DNA of 64,000 nucleotides, from assembly GCA_963706125.1 (NCBI GenBank), contig CAVPLQ010000003.1, forward strand, positions 151,571-215,570, given 5' to 3'. Numbering within the stretch: position 1 is the stretch's first letter; every line of letters starts with the position of its first letter. This document shows positions 20,457-29,923 of this stretch, piece by piece. This DNA is from an uncultured Flavobacteriales bacterium. GTDB lineage: Bacteria; Bacteroidota; Bacteroidia; Flavobacteriales_F; PHOS-HE28. The translations under genes were made by a program, and so were the position numbers. Below the pieces are notes generated by a model that was not told the origin of the DNA, did no database searches, and saw nothing but the letters and a program-made list of their open reading frames with translations.

Positions 20457-22634
20457 ATGGAACGAAGCGGCCGGTGGCACCGGCTCATTCCCTATTGGCT
20501 TGCAGTGGTCAGCTCCTTCTTGTTGGGAATTGTTCCATGCCATGCATCGGGAATGCCCCAGCTGGATGGGTACATGTTCAATGGGGAAGATCGCTCCCCC
20601 TATTTAGGCCGGCAACTCACGATCTTCGAGGATAAGAGTGGAAGGATGACCCTTCCGGAGGTCCTGCATTCCGGATCGTTCCAACCGCAATCCTCTGATA
20701 TACCGGATCTTGGCCTCAGTCGGTCCGCATACTGGGTCAGACTTAATCTGTACAATCTATCGCCATCCGACCGGATATTCCTTCACATCGCCCACAGTGA
20801 GATCGATGAGTTGGATATTTATGAATTAACGGACAATGACCAGTTCTCCCGAATTGTGCGCGCCGGCCTTTCCCGAAAAGTGGACACCCGATCACAGTCG
20901 ACATCCGAATTCGCTTTCCCGGTCCAAGTACCCCAATTCACCAAGGGGAGCTTCTACATCCGGCTTCGCAGCACGAAGCAGTTACGACTGCCGATCACTG
21001 CGGAATCATCCCAAGGTTTTTATGCTCAGCAGTTAAACCGGAACTTGTTCATTGGGGGCTATCTGGGCATCATGCTTGTGATGGCCTTGTATAATTTCTT
21101 CATTTTCTTCTCAACCCGGGAAAAGGCCTACGCATACTACGTGGCCTACATCATCCTGGTCGCATTGACCCAGATGGCGTTTATCGGAATGCTCGCATTC
21201 ACGGTATTTCAGGACATGCCTTGGCTGTCGTCCCATTCGGCATTGTACCTCACTGCCTTCACGGCTATCGCCGCCTGCGAGTTCATGGTGCGTTTCATCC
21301 ATATGAAGGACCTCTATCCGGGTTGGATGCGTGTCATGCGGTTCTTCTATGTGGCATTGTTGCTTGGGCTGGTGATCGATCTGGACGCGCATTCTTCCAT
21401 GGCCTATCGGGTCATTCAAGTCGGGGCCGGGAGTTTTGCGCTTTTTCAACTTGTGGTCCTCATCCACGTTGCGGCGCAAGGGTCACGACCGGCGCGTTAC
21501 TTTCTCTTGGCATGGATCTCCTTCCTACTGGGCATTATTTCCTTTATTTTTAAGGACTTCGGAATCTTACCCTTCAACGATCTTACCCGCTTTGCCATGA
21601 CCATCGGCTCTGCGGTGGAGGTCGTCCTACTTTCCTTCGGTCTGGCCGATAAGATCAACGTGCTCCGCCAGGAAAAGGAACTATCCCAGGCGAATGCCAT
21701 CGCCATGGCCAAGGAGAATGAACTCTTCGTCCTGAACCAGAACGTAGACTTGGAACGGAAGGTGATCGAACGGACACATGCCCTGCAGGAGACCAATGAT
21801 CATTTGAAGCGCACCCAGACACAGCTGGTGAGCGCCGAGAAGATGGCGTCATTGGGCCAATTGACCGCCGGCATCGCCCATGAGATCAACAACCCGTTGA
21901 ATTTCATCAGCAGCAACCTCCCCCCGCTCAAACGCGATCTGCTGGAGCTTAAAGAGGTATTGGACGCGTATCGCAGCGTCACAAAGGACGGTGCCGGACT
22001 TGAGGATGTGCGAGCCTTGGAGGAGCGTATCGGCGTAGACTTCACGGTTAACGAGGTGCGGGAGATCCTCAATTGCATTGAGACCGGCGCGACGCGCACC
22101 TCGGACATCGTTCGCGGCCTGCGCACGTTCAGCCGGTTGGATGAGGACGATCTGAAGACGGCGGACATCAACGAGGGGCTACGCAGCACCGTTGTGGTGC
22201 TGGGCCCCCAGTTCCGTGATGTGGTGCAAATTGAATATGAACTGGGTGATATCCCGCAGGTCGAATGCTATCCGGGCAAGTTGAATCAGGTGTTCATGAA
22301 CCTCCTGAACAACGCGGCCCATGCGGTGAAGCAGCGGCACGGCGATTCCGGCGGGGTGATCGGGATCGCCACGTCCATCAGTGGTGAAGTGGTCACGATC
22401 ACGATCAGTGACAATGGCATGGGTATGAACGAGGCCGTTCAAAGCCGGATGTTCGAACCGTTCTTCACCACTAAAGACGTGGGTGAAGGCACCGGGCTCG
22501 GGCTGTCGATCGTTCAGGGTATCATCGAGAAACACAACGGGGTTATCGAACTGGAGAGTGCGGTGGGGCAAGGCAGTACGTTCACCATTACACTACCGGT
22601 CTCGCAGACGGTAGAACTCGCAAAAAGTGCTTGA
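20457..22634 (+). CDS. 7TMR-DISM-type sensor histidine kinase. It has an extracellular DISMED2-like domain, a 7TM domain, a HisKA domain and a HATPase_c domain.
   Basis: It has a signal peptide and an extracellular domain. Seven predicted TM helices lie between about aa 195 and 400. The H-box is GIAHEINNPL, and N, G1 and G2 boxes are present (NLLNNAAHA, DNGMGM, GTGLGL). Confidence 0.75.
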   Translation: MERSGRWHRLIPYWLAVVSSFLLGIVPCHASGMPQLDGYMFNGEDRSPYLGRQLTIFEDKSGRMTLPEVLHSGSFQPQSSDIPDLGLSRSAYWVRLNLYNLSPSDRIFLHIAHSEIDELDIYELTDNDQFSRIVRAGLSRKVDTRSQSTSEFAFPVQVPQFTKGSFYIRLRSTKQLRLPITAESSQGFYAQQLNRNLFIGGYLGIMLVMALYNFFIFFSTREKAYAYYVAYIILVALTQMAFIGMLAFTVFQDMPWLSSHSALYLTAFTAIAACEFMVRFIHMKDLYPGWMRVMRFFYVALLLGLVIDLDAHSSMAYRVIQVGAGSFALFQLVVLIHVAAQGSRPARYFLLAWISFLLGIISFIFKDFGILPFNDLTRFAMTIGSAVEVVLLSFGLADKINVLRQEKELSQANAIAMAKENELFVLNQNVDLERKVIERTHALQETNDHLKRTQTQLVSAEKMASLGQLTAGIAHEINNPLNFISSNLPPLKRDLLELKEVLDAYRSVTKDGAGLEDVRALEERIGVDFTVNEVREILNCIETGATRTSDIVRGLRTFSRLDEDDLKTADINEGLRSTVVVLGPQFRDVVQIEYELGDIPQVECYPGKLNQVFMNLLNNAAHAVKQRHGDSGGVIGIATSISGEVVTITISDNGMGMNEAVQSRMFEPFFTTKDVGEGTGLGLSIVQGIIEKHNGVIELESAVGQGSTFTITLPVSQTVELAKSA

Positions 22635-22636
22635 CC

Positions 22637-24169
22637 ATGGACATGGAACGCATCAAAGTCCTTTATGTGGACGACGAGGAAGGCAACCTGATGGCCTTCC
22701 GGGCGAGCTTTCGCCGGGATTTCGACATCCACGTGGCGTTAAGCGCTTCGGAGGCCTTGGCCTGGTTGGAGCAGAACACAGTGCATGTGGTGATCAGCGA
22801 CCAGCGGATGCCGGGCATGACCGGTTCCGAATTCCTTGCCATTGTTAAGACACGCTGGCCGCGGTGCGTCCGATTGTTGCTCACAGGGTTCTCGGATATT
22901 CAGGCCGTGGTCGACGCGATCAACTTGGGCGGCATCCATGCTTACATCACCAAGCCCTGGGACCCCACGGACCTCAAGCTCCGGATCGAGCAAGCACACG
23001 AAGTACATGCTCTACGCGAAGAGCGGGAACGGCTTTTCGACCGGTACCGGCAAGTATTCGACGCCTCGGGCGACCCGATCGTGATCGTGGACGGCAAAGG
23101 CTGCTTCCGTGAAATGAACGAGGCCGCCGAACAGTTGATGAAGGTGGACCGGGCCACCATGCTCAACTCCGGCTTGGGCACATTCGTGACGGATCTTCCC
23201 GAAGTGGTCCGCCGAATGCGGCACAATCGGCACGGCCGCACCTACAGAAATGTGGAAGTGACCCTGCACACACCGGGCGGCCATACCATTGACTGCTTAG
23301 TGACCGCCACGCGGGTGGGACGGACCCCGGAGGGTGTCAGCATGTACCAGGCGATGATCAAGGATATCACCGACCGGAAGCAACAGGAAGCTTACTTGAA
23401 AAAGCTCAACAGTGATCTGGATAAACGAGTGGTGGTACGGACCAAACAACTGCTTGAGGCCTTGGACGATCTGGGCGCTTTCTCGTATTCGGTGGCCCAC
23501 GACCTTCGTTCCCCATTGAAGAACATTAAAGTACTCAGCGACCATTTAAGCAGCCTGGCAGCCGTGCGCGGTGATGAGGAAGAGCGCGACCTCAGCCATC
23601 GGATCCACAAAGGGGCATCACGCTTGATCAACCTGGTGGACGACCTGTTGCGCTTTGCCCGCACGGACTCCCAACAGGTGGAATGCCGGGACACCGATAT
23701 CAACGAGATCATGCAAGAGTGCCTTAGTGACCTGGCCTTGCCGCAGGAGCATGTGGAATTCGTGTTTCCGGAACCGGGCACTGCCATCATCCATGCGGAT
23801 CCCGCCATGGTGAAGGTGGCGCTGAACAACCTGCTTACCAATGCGGTCAAATTCACCCGGAACACGGCCCAGGCCCGGATCGAGGTGGGTCATGCAACGA
23901 AGGACGGCGATGACATCATCTGGGTGAAGGACAACGGCGTCGGCTTCGAGAGCCAGAAGAAAGACCAGTTGTTCGGTGTCTTCAAGCGGCTTCACACCAC
24001 TGCCCAGTTCGAAGGCACAGGGATCGGACTGGCCCTTGTGAACCGCATCATGAAGAAGCATGGTGGTTCCTGCTCGGCTGAAGGTACCCCAAATGAAGGC
24101 GCGACCATCTATCTGCGGTTTCCCGGTCAGCGGCAGGCCGACGAAATGCAATACCGTCAAGCCGGTTGA
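22637..24169 (+). CDS. Hybrid signalling protein: N-terminal receiver, then PAS, then HisKA/HATPase histidine kinase
   Basis: The receiver region reads KVLYVDDE...SDQRMPG...KPW. The kinase has the H-box SVAHDLRSPL and a HATPase region NAVKFT...DNGVGF...GTGIGLA. It overlaps the upstream kinase stop, which suggests translational coupling. Confidence 0.75.
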   Translation: MDMERIKVLYVDDEEGNLMAFRASFRRDFDIHVALSASEALAWLEQNTVHVVISDQRMPGMTGSEFLAIVKTRWPRCVRLLLTGFSDIQAVVDAINLGGIHAYITKPWDPTDLKLRIEQAHEVHALREERERLFDRYRQVFDASGDPIVIVDGKGCFREMNEAAEQLMKVDRATMLNSGLGTFVTDLPEVVRRMRHNRHGRTYRNVEVTLHTPGGHTIDCLVTATRVGRTPEGVSMYQAMIKDITDRKQQEAYLKKLNSDLDKRVVVRTKQLLEALDDLGAFSYSVAHDLRSPLKNIKVLSDHLSSLAAVRGDEEERDLSHRIHKGASRLINLVDDLLRFARTDSQQVECRDTDINEIMQECLSDLALPQEHVEFVFPEPGTAIIHADPAMVKVALNNLLTNAVKFTRNTAQARIEVGHATKDGDDIIWVKDNGVGFESQKKDQLFGVFKRLHTTAQFEGTGIGLALVNRIMKKHGGSCSAEGTPNEGATIYLRFPGQRQADEMQYRQAG

Positions 24170-24233
24170 GCGTAACCAAGCGGCCCCTACCTCCGTTTAC
24201 ACCCGGTATTGAGAGATCATCATTGAGAGCAAC

Positions 24234-24752
24234 ATGAAAAACACAGCATTCACCCTGATCGCCCTTTTCGCGGCACCGACCTTCTGCCATGCCCAAAAAC
24301 TGGTGGAAAACAGGGACCAGGCCTCTGGTTGGTATGTGCCCGTAAAACTGAACGTGACCGCTGAAGGCACCAAGGCCAAGCACCTCGATGTGCAAGTCTA
24401 TCAAGACAACGAACTACTGCAGGAGATCCACTCCAAAAGAGGCAAGTTCACACTGAACTTGGACCTTGACAACACGTACACCTTCGTCCTTATCCAAGAA
24501 GGTTATCGCGCAAAATCAGTCTTCATCGACACCCATGTTCCGGACAAGTTGGTGCAATATTCAGAGTATGCGTGCTTCATGAACCTGGAAGCGGCCGACA
24601 AATTCACCCACTCCGATCCCTTCTACATGGATTTCCCGGGTGCGATCGTCAGGTGGAACGATGAGGCGCACGGATTCACGCCCAGCATGGGCTACCTCAC
24701 GGACATCCAGTCCAAGATCGGCATGCTGGAAGCTCAGATTATCCCACACTGA
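24234..24752 (+). CDS. Secreted hypothetical protein
   Basis: Signal peptide MKNTAFTLIALFAAPTFCHAQ. No recognisable family. Confidence 0.45.
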   Translation: MKNTAFTLIALFAAPTFCHAQKLVENRDQASGWYVPVKLNVTAEGTKAKHLDVQVYQDNELLQEIHSKRGKFTLNLDLDNTYTFVLIQEGYRAKSVFIDTHVPDKLVQYSEYACFMNLEAADKFTHSDPFYMDFPGAIVRWNDEAHGFTPSMGYLTDIQSKIGMLEAQIIPH

Positions 24753-24803
24753 CCGCATCCACCCGCCTGCCAAGCAACCAACGTACCTTGGCAGGGGCTG
24801 CGA

Positions 24804-24836
24804 TAAACGCCCGCCGCAAGGCCGGGCGTTTTTGCG
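24804..24836. terminator. Bidirectional rho-independent terminator between convergent genes
   Basis: AACGCCCG-ccgcaaggc-CGGGCGTT is followed by TTT. Confidence 0.55.
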
Positions 24837-24842
24837 TTGGGC

Positions 24843-25934
24843 TCAGTGCTGGTCGTAGTCCACTACTACGCGCTCGGTCAGCGGGTGGCTCTGGCAGGTG
24901 AGCACATAGCCGTCCGCCACCTCCTCGTCGGTGAGCGCGTAATTCATGTCCATGGCCACCTTGCCTTCCACGATGCGGGCCTTGCAGGTGCAGCAAACCG
25001 CGCCCTTGCACGCGTATGGCACGTCCAGTCCCGCAGCCTCCGCGGTGTCGAGAATGCTATCGCCCTTCGCCCCTACTTCGATCTCCGTTTCGTTACCGTC
25101 GAGAATGATCTTCACTTTGGCCTTCCCGGTCAGGGGCGCGCCGCTTGAGGGAGCTGCGGGAGTTTCAGGCTTCTTCGGCTCGCTGGTCACCGGTGTGGAG
25201 AACAGTTCCACATGGATGTGCTTCTTTTCCACGCCGGAACGCTCCAAGGCCTCGCTCACGTTCACCATCATCTGCTCGGGTCCGCAGATGAAGAATTCCT
25301 TGTGCAGCGGGTCGTTCACAAAAGCCTTCAGCAGGTTCACGGCTTTTTCATTGGTGATGCGGCCATTGAAAAGCGCCTCCATATCATTCCCGCGGCTCAG
25401 GATGTGGAATACGTTGAGACGGTCCGGGTGGTGGTTCTTCAATTCGTCCAATTTCTTCCGGAAGATGATGCGGTCCACGTCGGAATTGCCGAAGAACAGG
25501 GTGAACTTGCTCTTATGCTCAGTGCGGAGCACCGTGGTGAGGATACTGAGGATGGGCGTGATACCGCTGCCGGCCGCGAAGGCGATGTAATGGTGCTCTT
25601 GTGCGGGGTCCAGCGCGGTGTGGAAGTTGCCCATGGGCGTCATCACCTCCAGCTTGGAGCCGGGCTTGAGCTGTTCCACCAGCTGCGTGGAGGCCCTGCC
25701 TCCGTCCACTTTCTTCACCGCGATGCGGATCTCACCCGGGTCCAGCGGGCTGCTGCAGATGCTGTACGACCGGCGCAGTTCGGTGCCGTTGACATTGAGC
25801 TTCAGGGTAAGGTACTGGCCATGGATGAAGGTGAAGTCGGCCATCAGCCCAGGCGGGACGCGGAAGCCGATGGAAATACTATCCGCGGTCTCGTGATGGA
25901 TGTCGGCTACTTCAAGGGTATGGAAACGGGCCAT
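24843..25934 (-). CDS. paaE: Phenylacetyl-CoA 1,2-epoxidase reductase subunit PaaE (ferredoxin-NAD(P) reductase plus a 2Fe-2S ferredoxin domain)
   Basis: It has a flavin-binding motif RSYSICS, an NAD-binding GxGxxP-type motif (FAAGSGITP), and a C-terminal CxxxxCxxC...C [2Fe-2S] motif. It begins [15 protein letters not shown], like E. coli PaaE. Confidence 0.8.
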   Translation of the reverse strand: MARFHTLEVADIHHETADSISIGFRVPPGLMADFTFIHGQYLTLKLNVNGTELRRSYSICSSPLDPGEIRIAVKKVDGGRASTQLVEQLKPGSKLEVMTPMGNFHTALDPAQEHHYIAFAAGSGITPILSILTTVLRTEHKSKFTLFFGNSDVDRIIFRKKLDELKNHHPDRLNVFHILSRGNDMEALFNGRITNEKAVNLLKAFVNDPLHKEFFICGPEQMMVNVSEALERSGVEKKHIHVELFSTPVTSEPKKPETPAAPSSGAPLTGKAKVKIILDGNETEIEVGAKGDSILDTAEAAGLDVPYACKGAVCCTCKARIVEGKVAMDMNYALTDEEVADGYVLTCQSHPLTERVVVDYDQH

Positions 25935-26094
25935 TCTGACTGGGGTATCTGACATTGCGGACAAAGGCGCCCCGGAGCATGTGGACCGGGCGGGCGGCAA
26001 AAATAGCCGCCGATCACCGCATCGCGAAGCCTGTGGCATATATCGAAACCCATCGCCTATCGCTCCTTACCTTAGCGACCACCAATCACGCAGG

Positions 26095-27036
26095 ATGATG
26101 GAAGAGAAACAGGCCGAGCAGGACTTTCAACGGAAAGTGGATGCCGAGCAGAAGATCGAACCGAAGGATTGGATGCCGGCGGACTACCGGAAGAACCTGA
26201 TCCGGCAGATCAGCCAGCACGGGCACAGCGAGATCGTGGGCATGCTGCCCGAAGGCAACTGGATCACCCGGGCGCCCAGCTTGCGCCGCAAGACCGTGCT
26301 TTTGGCCAAGGTTCAGGACGAGGCAGGCCATGGCCTCTACCTGTATAGCGCTGCTGAGACCCTGGGCATCGGACGTGATGAGATGGTGGACCAACTGCTC
26401 AGCGGCAAGGCCAAGTACAGCAGCATCTTCAACTACCCCACCATCACCTGGGCGGACATGGGTGCGATAGGCTGGTTGGTGGACGGTGCCGCGATCATGA
26501 ATCAGGTGATGCTCTGCAGAACGAGCTACGGCCCTTACGCCCGCGCCATGGTGCGCATCTGCAAGGAGGAGAGCTTCCACCAGCGGCAGGGGTATGAGAT
26601 CATGACCGTGCTGAGCAATGGCACGGCGGAGCAAAAGGCCATGGCACAGGACAGTCTGGACCGCTGGTGGTGGCCCAGCCTGATGATGTTCGGCCCCAGC
26701 GACGCGGAAAGCCCGCACAGCGCCCAGAGCATGAAATGGAAGATCAAGCGGCAGAGCAACGACGAACTGCGCCAGACCTTCATCGACCGCACCGTGCAGC
26801 AAGCCGAAGTGCTTGGATTGAAGATCCCCGACCCCAAGCTGAAATGGAATGAGGAAACGCAGCATTACGACTGGGGCGAGATCGACTGGACGGAGTTCTT
26901 CGACGTGATCAAAGGCAACGGACCGTGCAACAAGGAGCGGATGGCAGCACGCCGGAAAGCCTATGAGGACGGGGCTTGGGTGCGCGAGGCGGCGTTGGCG
27001 TATGCAGAGAAAAAAGCAAAGCGGAAGGCCGCGTAG
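26095..27036 (+). CDS. paaA: 1,2-phenylacetyl-CoA epoxidase catalytic subunit PaaA
   Basis: The di-iron carboxylate fold has Glu/His ligand motifs ([18 protein letters not shown]). The arrangement is paaABCD. Confidence 0.8.
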   Translation: MMEEKQAEQDFQRKVDAEQKIEPKDWMPADYRKNLIRQISQHGHSEIVGMLPEGNWITRAPSLRRKTVLLAKVQDEAGHGLYLYSAAETLGIGRDEMVDQLLSGKAKYSSIFNYPTITWADMGAIGWLVDGAAIMNQVMLCRTSYGPYARAMVRICKEESFHQRQGYEIMTVLSNGTAEQKAMAQDSLDRWWWPSLMMFGPSDAESPHSAQSMKWKIKRQSNDELRQTFIDRTVQQAEVLGLKIPDPKLKWNEETQHYDWGEIDWTEFFDVIKGNGPCNKERMAARRKAYEDGAWVREAALAYAEKKAKRKAA

Positions 27037-27117
27037 TTGTCAGTTCTTCGTTGTCAGTTGTCAGGCGTTGCCGCGCCAAGCACCATTCACCTATCACAAA
27101 ACACCGATCACTGGTAC

Positions 27118-27408
27118 ATGAGCAACGAAAAAGACTGGCCCCTCTGGGAGATCTTCATCCAGAGCAAACGCGGCTTGGACCACAAACATGTGGGCAGCCT
27201 CCACGCCGCCGATGCCCAAATGGCCATTGAAAACGCCCGTGACGTATATACGCGACGCAATGAAGGCAACAGCATCTGGGCGGTGCTGGCGGAGAACATC
27301 CATTCCAGCATGCCGGAGGACCAAGGCGCCTTCTTCGACCCAGCGGACGACAAAGTGTACCGGCATCCCACCTTCTATGTGATGCCCAAAGAGGCGAAGT
27401 ATATCTGA
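27118..27408 (+). CDS. paaB: 1,2-phenylacetyl-CoA epoxidase subunit PaaB
   Basis: MSNEKDWPLWEIFIQSKRGLDHKHVGSLHAADAQMAI is a typical PaaB sequence. Confidence 0.8.
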   Translation: MSNEKDWPLWEIFIQSKRGLDHKHVGSLHAADAQMAIENARDVYTRRNEGNSIWAVLAENIHSSMPEDQGAFFDPADDKVYRHPTFYVMPKEAKYI

Positions 27409-27410
27409 CC

Positions 27411-28169
27411 ATGACACAACAAGAAGCCTTGTTCCGCTATGCGGTGCGCATGGGCGACAACAGCTTAGTGCTGGGCCACCGCCTTAGTGAATGGTGCGGT
27501 CACGGCCCCCAGTTGGAAGAAGACATCGCACAGGCGAACATCGCTCTGGACCTGATCGGGCAGGCCCGCAACTACCTCACCTATGCCGGGGAGGTGGAAG
27601 GCAAAGGCCGCAGCGAGGACGATCTCGCCTATCTGCGCACCGACCGCGAATACCTGAACGTATTGCTGACCGAACTGCCCAAGGGCGATTATGCGCAGAC
27701 CATCGCCCGCAGCTTCCTCTTTGACGCATTCCACCTGCCGTTGCAGCAAGCGCTCACCACCAGCACCGACGAGCGCTTGAAGGGCATCGCGGAAAAATCC
27801 GTAAAGGAAGTGACCTACCACCTGCGCCACAGTAGCGAGTGGTTGATCCGTTTCGGTGACGGCACCGAGGAGAGCCACGACCGCGCACAAACCGCGCTGG
27901 ACAACCTGTGGCGCTACACGGGCGAGCTTTTCATCCCGGATGAGGCGGAAGAGCGATTGGCCAAGGCCGGTATTGCCCCGAAGCTGGACGACATCAAGAA
28001 TGAATGGAGCACCACGGTGGACAGCGTGTTGAAAGAAGCCACCCTGGAACGACCCGCGGACGGCTGGATGGCTACCGGCGGCAAGAAGGGCGTGCATTCT
28101 GAGCACATCGGACCCATGCTGGCGGAGATGCAGACACTTCAACGCACCTACCCCGGCGTGGAGTGGTAA
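27411..28169 (+). CDS. paaC: 1,2-phenylacetyl-CoA epoxidase subunit PaaC
   Basis: PaaC-like sequence and operon position. Confidence 0.75.
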   Translation: MTQQEALFRYAVRMGDNSLVLGHRLSEWCGHGPQLEEDIAQANIALDLIGQARNYLTYAGEVEGKGRSEDDLAYLRTDREYLNVLLTELPKGDYAQTIARSFLFDAFHLPLQQALTTSTDERLKGIAEKSVKEVTYHLRHSSEWLIRFGDGTEESHDRAQTALDNLWRYTGELFIPDEAEERLAKAGIAPKLDDIKNEWSTTVDSVLKEATLERPADGWMATGGKKGVHSEHIGPMLAEMQTLQRTYPGVEW

Positions 28170-28179
28170 ACGGAGAAAG

Positions 28180-28662
28180 ATGAGGACCGAGGCAGAGATC
28201 CGGGACCTGTTGGAGCAGGTGAAGGACCCCGAGATCCCCGTGATCAGCATCCAGGAGTTGGGTGTGCTTCGCGATGTGAAAGTGGACGGTGACCTGGTGG
28301 AGGTGACCATTACACCCACCTACAGCGGATGCCCTGCCATGGACGTGATGAAGGAGGATGTGGAAAAGGCGCTTCGCGAAGCCGGGATCGAGCGGTTCAA
28401 CGTGAAGCAAGTGCTCTCCCCGGCATGGAGCACGGACTGGATCAGCGAAAGCGGCCGGAAACATCTGCTGGATTACGGCATTGCCCCCCCGCCGCACACC
28501 TCGGACATCCGTGCCTTGAAAGGTGGTGTTCCGGTGACGGCCTGCCCCCAATGTGGCAGCACCGACACGGTTTTGGTGAGCCAGTTCGGGTCCACGGCGT
28601 GCAAGGCGCTGTACAAGTGCAATGCGTGCAAAGAGCCGTTCGATCTGTTCAAGTGCTTGTGA
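28180..28662 (+). CDS. paaD: Phenylacetate-CoA oxygenase subunit PaaD, with a DUF59-type domain and a C-terminal Cys cluster
   Basis: It contains VKDPEIPVISIQELGVL and a C-terminal CPQCGS...CKALYKCNACKEPFD. Confidence 0.75.
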   Translation: MRTEAEIRDLLEQVKDPEIPVISIQELGVLRDVKVDGDLVEVTITPTYSGCPAMDVMKEDVEKALREAGIERFNVKQVLSPAWSTDWISESGRKHLLDYGIAPPPHTSDIRALKGGVPVTACPQCGSTDTVLVSQFGSTACKALYKCNACKEPFDLFKCL

Positions 28663-28675
28663 GAAGATATACCAC

Positions 28676-28807
28676 GGAGGACACGAAGAACACGAAGGCA
28701 AGGTGCTTAGTTGAAAGGAGGCATTTAGGTTCAGATCAGCTTTCGCTCGCCATCAGTAGATTTCTCTCGGAATCCGGCATTCCTCTTCTTTGTGTTCTTC
28801 GTGTCCT
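28676..28807. repeat. Imperfect inverted repeat with arms of about 22 bp and a spacer of about 80 bp, in the paaD-GT2 intergenic region
   Basis: ggaggacacgaagaacacgaagg ... ccttctttgtgttcttcgtgtcct, with 20 of 23 positions complementary. Confidence 0.35.
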
Positions 28808-28872
28808 TTGTGGTCTAAAGCAAACTCTTGCGGTACAGGTCACACTGCGCCTCCGCAGTACATTCGCCGCGC

Positions 28873-29826
28873 ATGGATATTTCCGTCGTCATCCCCTTGT
28901 TGAACGAGCGCGAATCGCTGCCCGAACTGGTGGCGAAGCTGCATGAGGCCATCGGCGGCATGGACAAGAGCTACGAGGTCCTGCTGATCGACGATGGCAG
29001 CCGCGACGGTTCTTGGGAGGAGATCCAGCGCCTGCACGCTGCGGACGGCCGTGTGAAGGGCATCAAGCTGGGCCGCAACTACGGGAAAAGTCCGGCGCTG
29101 AACGAAGGCTTCCTTGCCGCACAGGGCAACATGGTGATCACCATGGACGCTGACCTGCAGGACGATCCGGCGGAGATCCCCGAGCTGTACCGCATGATCA
29201 CCGAGGACGGTTTCGATCTGGTGAGCGGCTGGAAGAAAAAGCGCCACGACCCGCTGAGCAAGACCATCCCGACCAAGTTCTTCAATGCCACCATGCGCTG
29301 GGCCAGTGGTGTACAGCTTCACGATTTCAACTGCGGCCTGAAAGCATATAACAGCAAGGTGGTGAAGGCCATTGAGGTCTATGGCGAGATGCACCGCTAC
29401 ATCCCCTTCATCGCGAAGAAGGAAGGCTTCCACAAGATCGGTGAAAAGGAGGTGCTTCACCACCCGCGGAAATACGGGGTGAGCAAATTCGGGCTGGACC
29501 GCTTCATCAATGGCTACCTCAGTCTACTGACGATCACCTTCGTCTTTCGCTTTGGCAAGAAGCCCATGCACTTCTTCGGGGCGATGGGTACGCTGATGTT
29601 CTTTCTCGGTTTTCTGGCCACGCTTTGGATCCTTGGCAGTAAACTCTACAGCGTGTTCCAACATGTGCGTGCACCGTTGGTAACGGACCAACCGTTGTTC
29701 TACCTCGCCTTGACGAGCATGATCATCGGGGCGCAGCTTTTCCTCGCAGGCTTTGTGGCGGAATTAGTGGCACGTAACTCGGCCGAGCGGAATAACTACC
29801 GGGTGAGCGAAAGGCTGGGGCTTTGA
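28873..29826 (+). CDS. GT2 polyprenol-phosphate glycosyltransferase (GtrB/ArnC/DPM1-like) with C-terminal TM helices
   Basis: It begins ISVVIPLLNE and has DDGSRD and MDADLQDDP (DXD) motifs. Two C-terminal TM segments follow. Confidence 0.75.
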   Translation: MDISVVIPLLNERESLPELVAKLHEAIGGMDKSYEVLLIDDGSRDGSWEEIQRLHAADGRVKGIKLGRNYGKSPALNEGFLAAQGNMVITMDADLQDDPAEIPELYRMITEDGFDLVSGWKKKRHDPLSKTIPTKFFNATMRWASGVQLHDFNCGLKAYNSKVVKAIEVYGEMHRYIPFIAKKEGFHKIGEKEVLHHPRKYGVSKFGLDRFINGYLSLLTITFVFRFGKKPMHFFGAMGTLMFFLGFLATLWILGSKLYSVFQHVRAPLVTDQPLFYLALTSMIIGAQLFLAGFVAELVARNSAERNNYRVSERLGL

Positions 29827-29923
29827 GTTTGGGCCGCAGAGCCGCGGAGACGCAGGGAAATGTGAACCGCAACGGCCGCAACGATCACAGGACCGCGGAG
29901 GCGCTGAGGAATGCAAACCGCAG

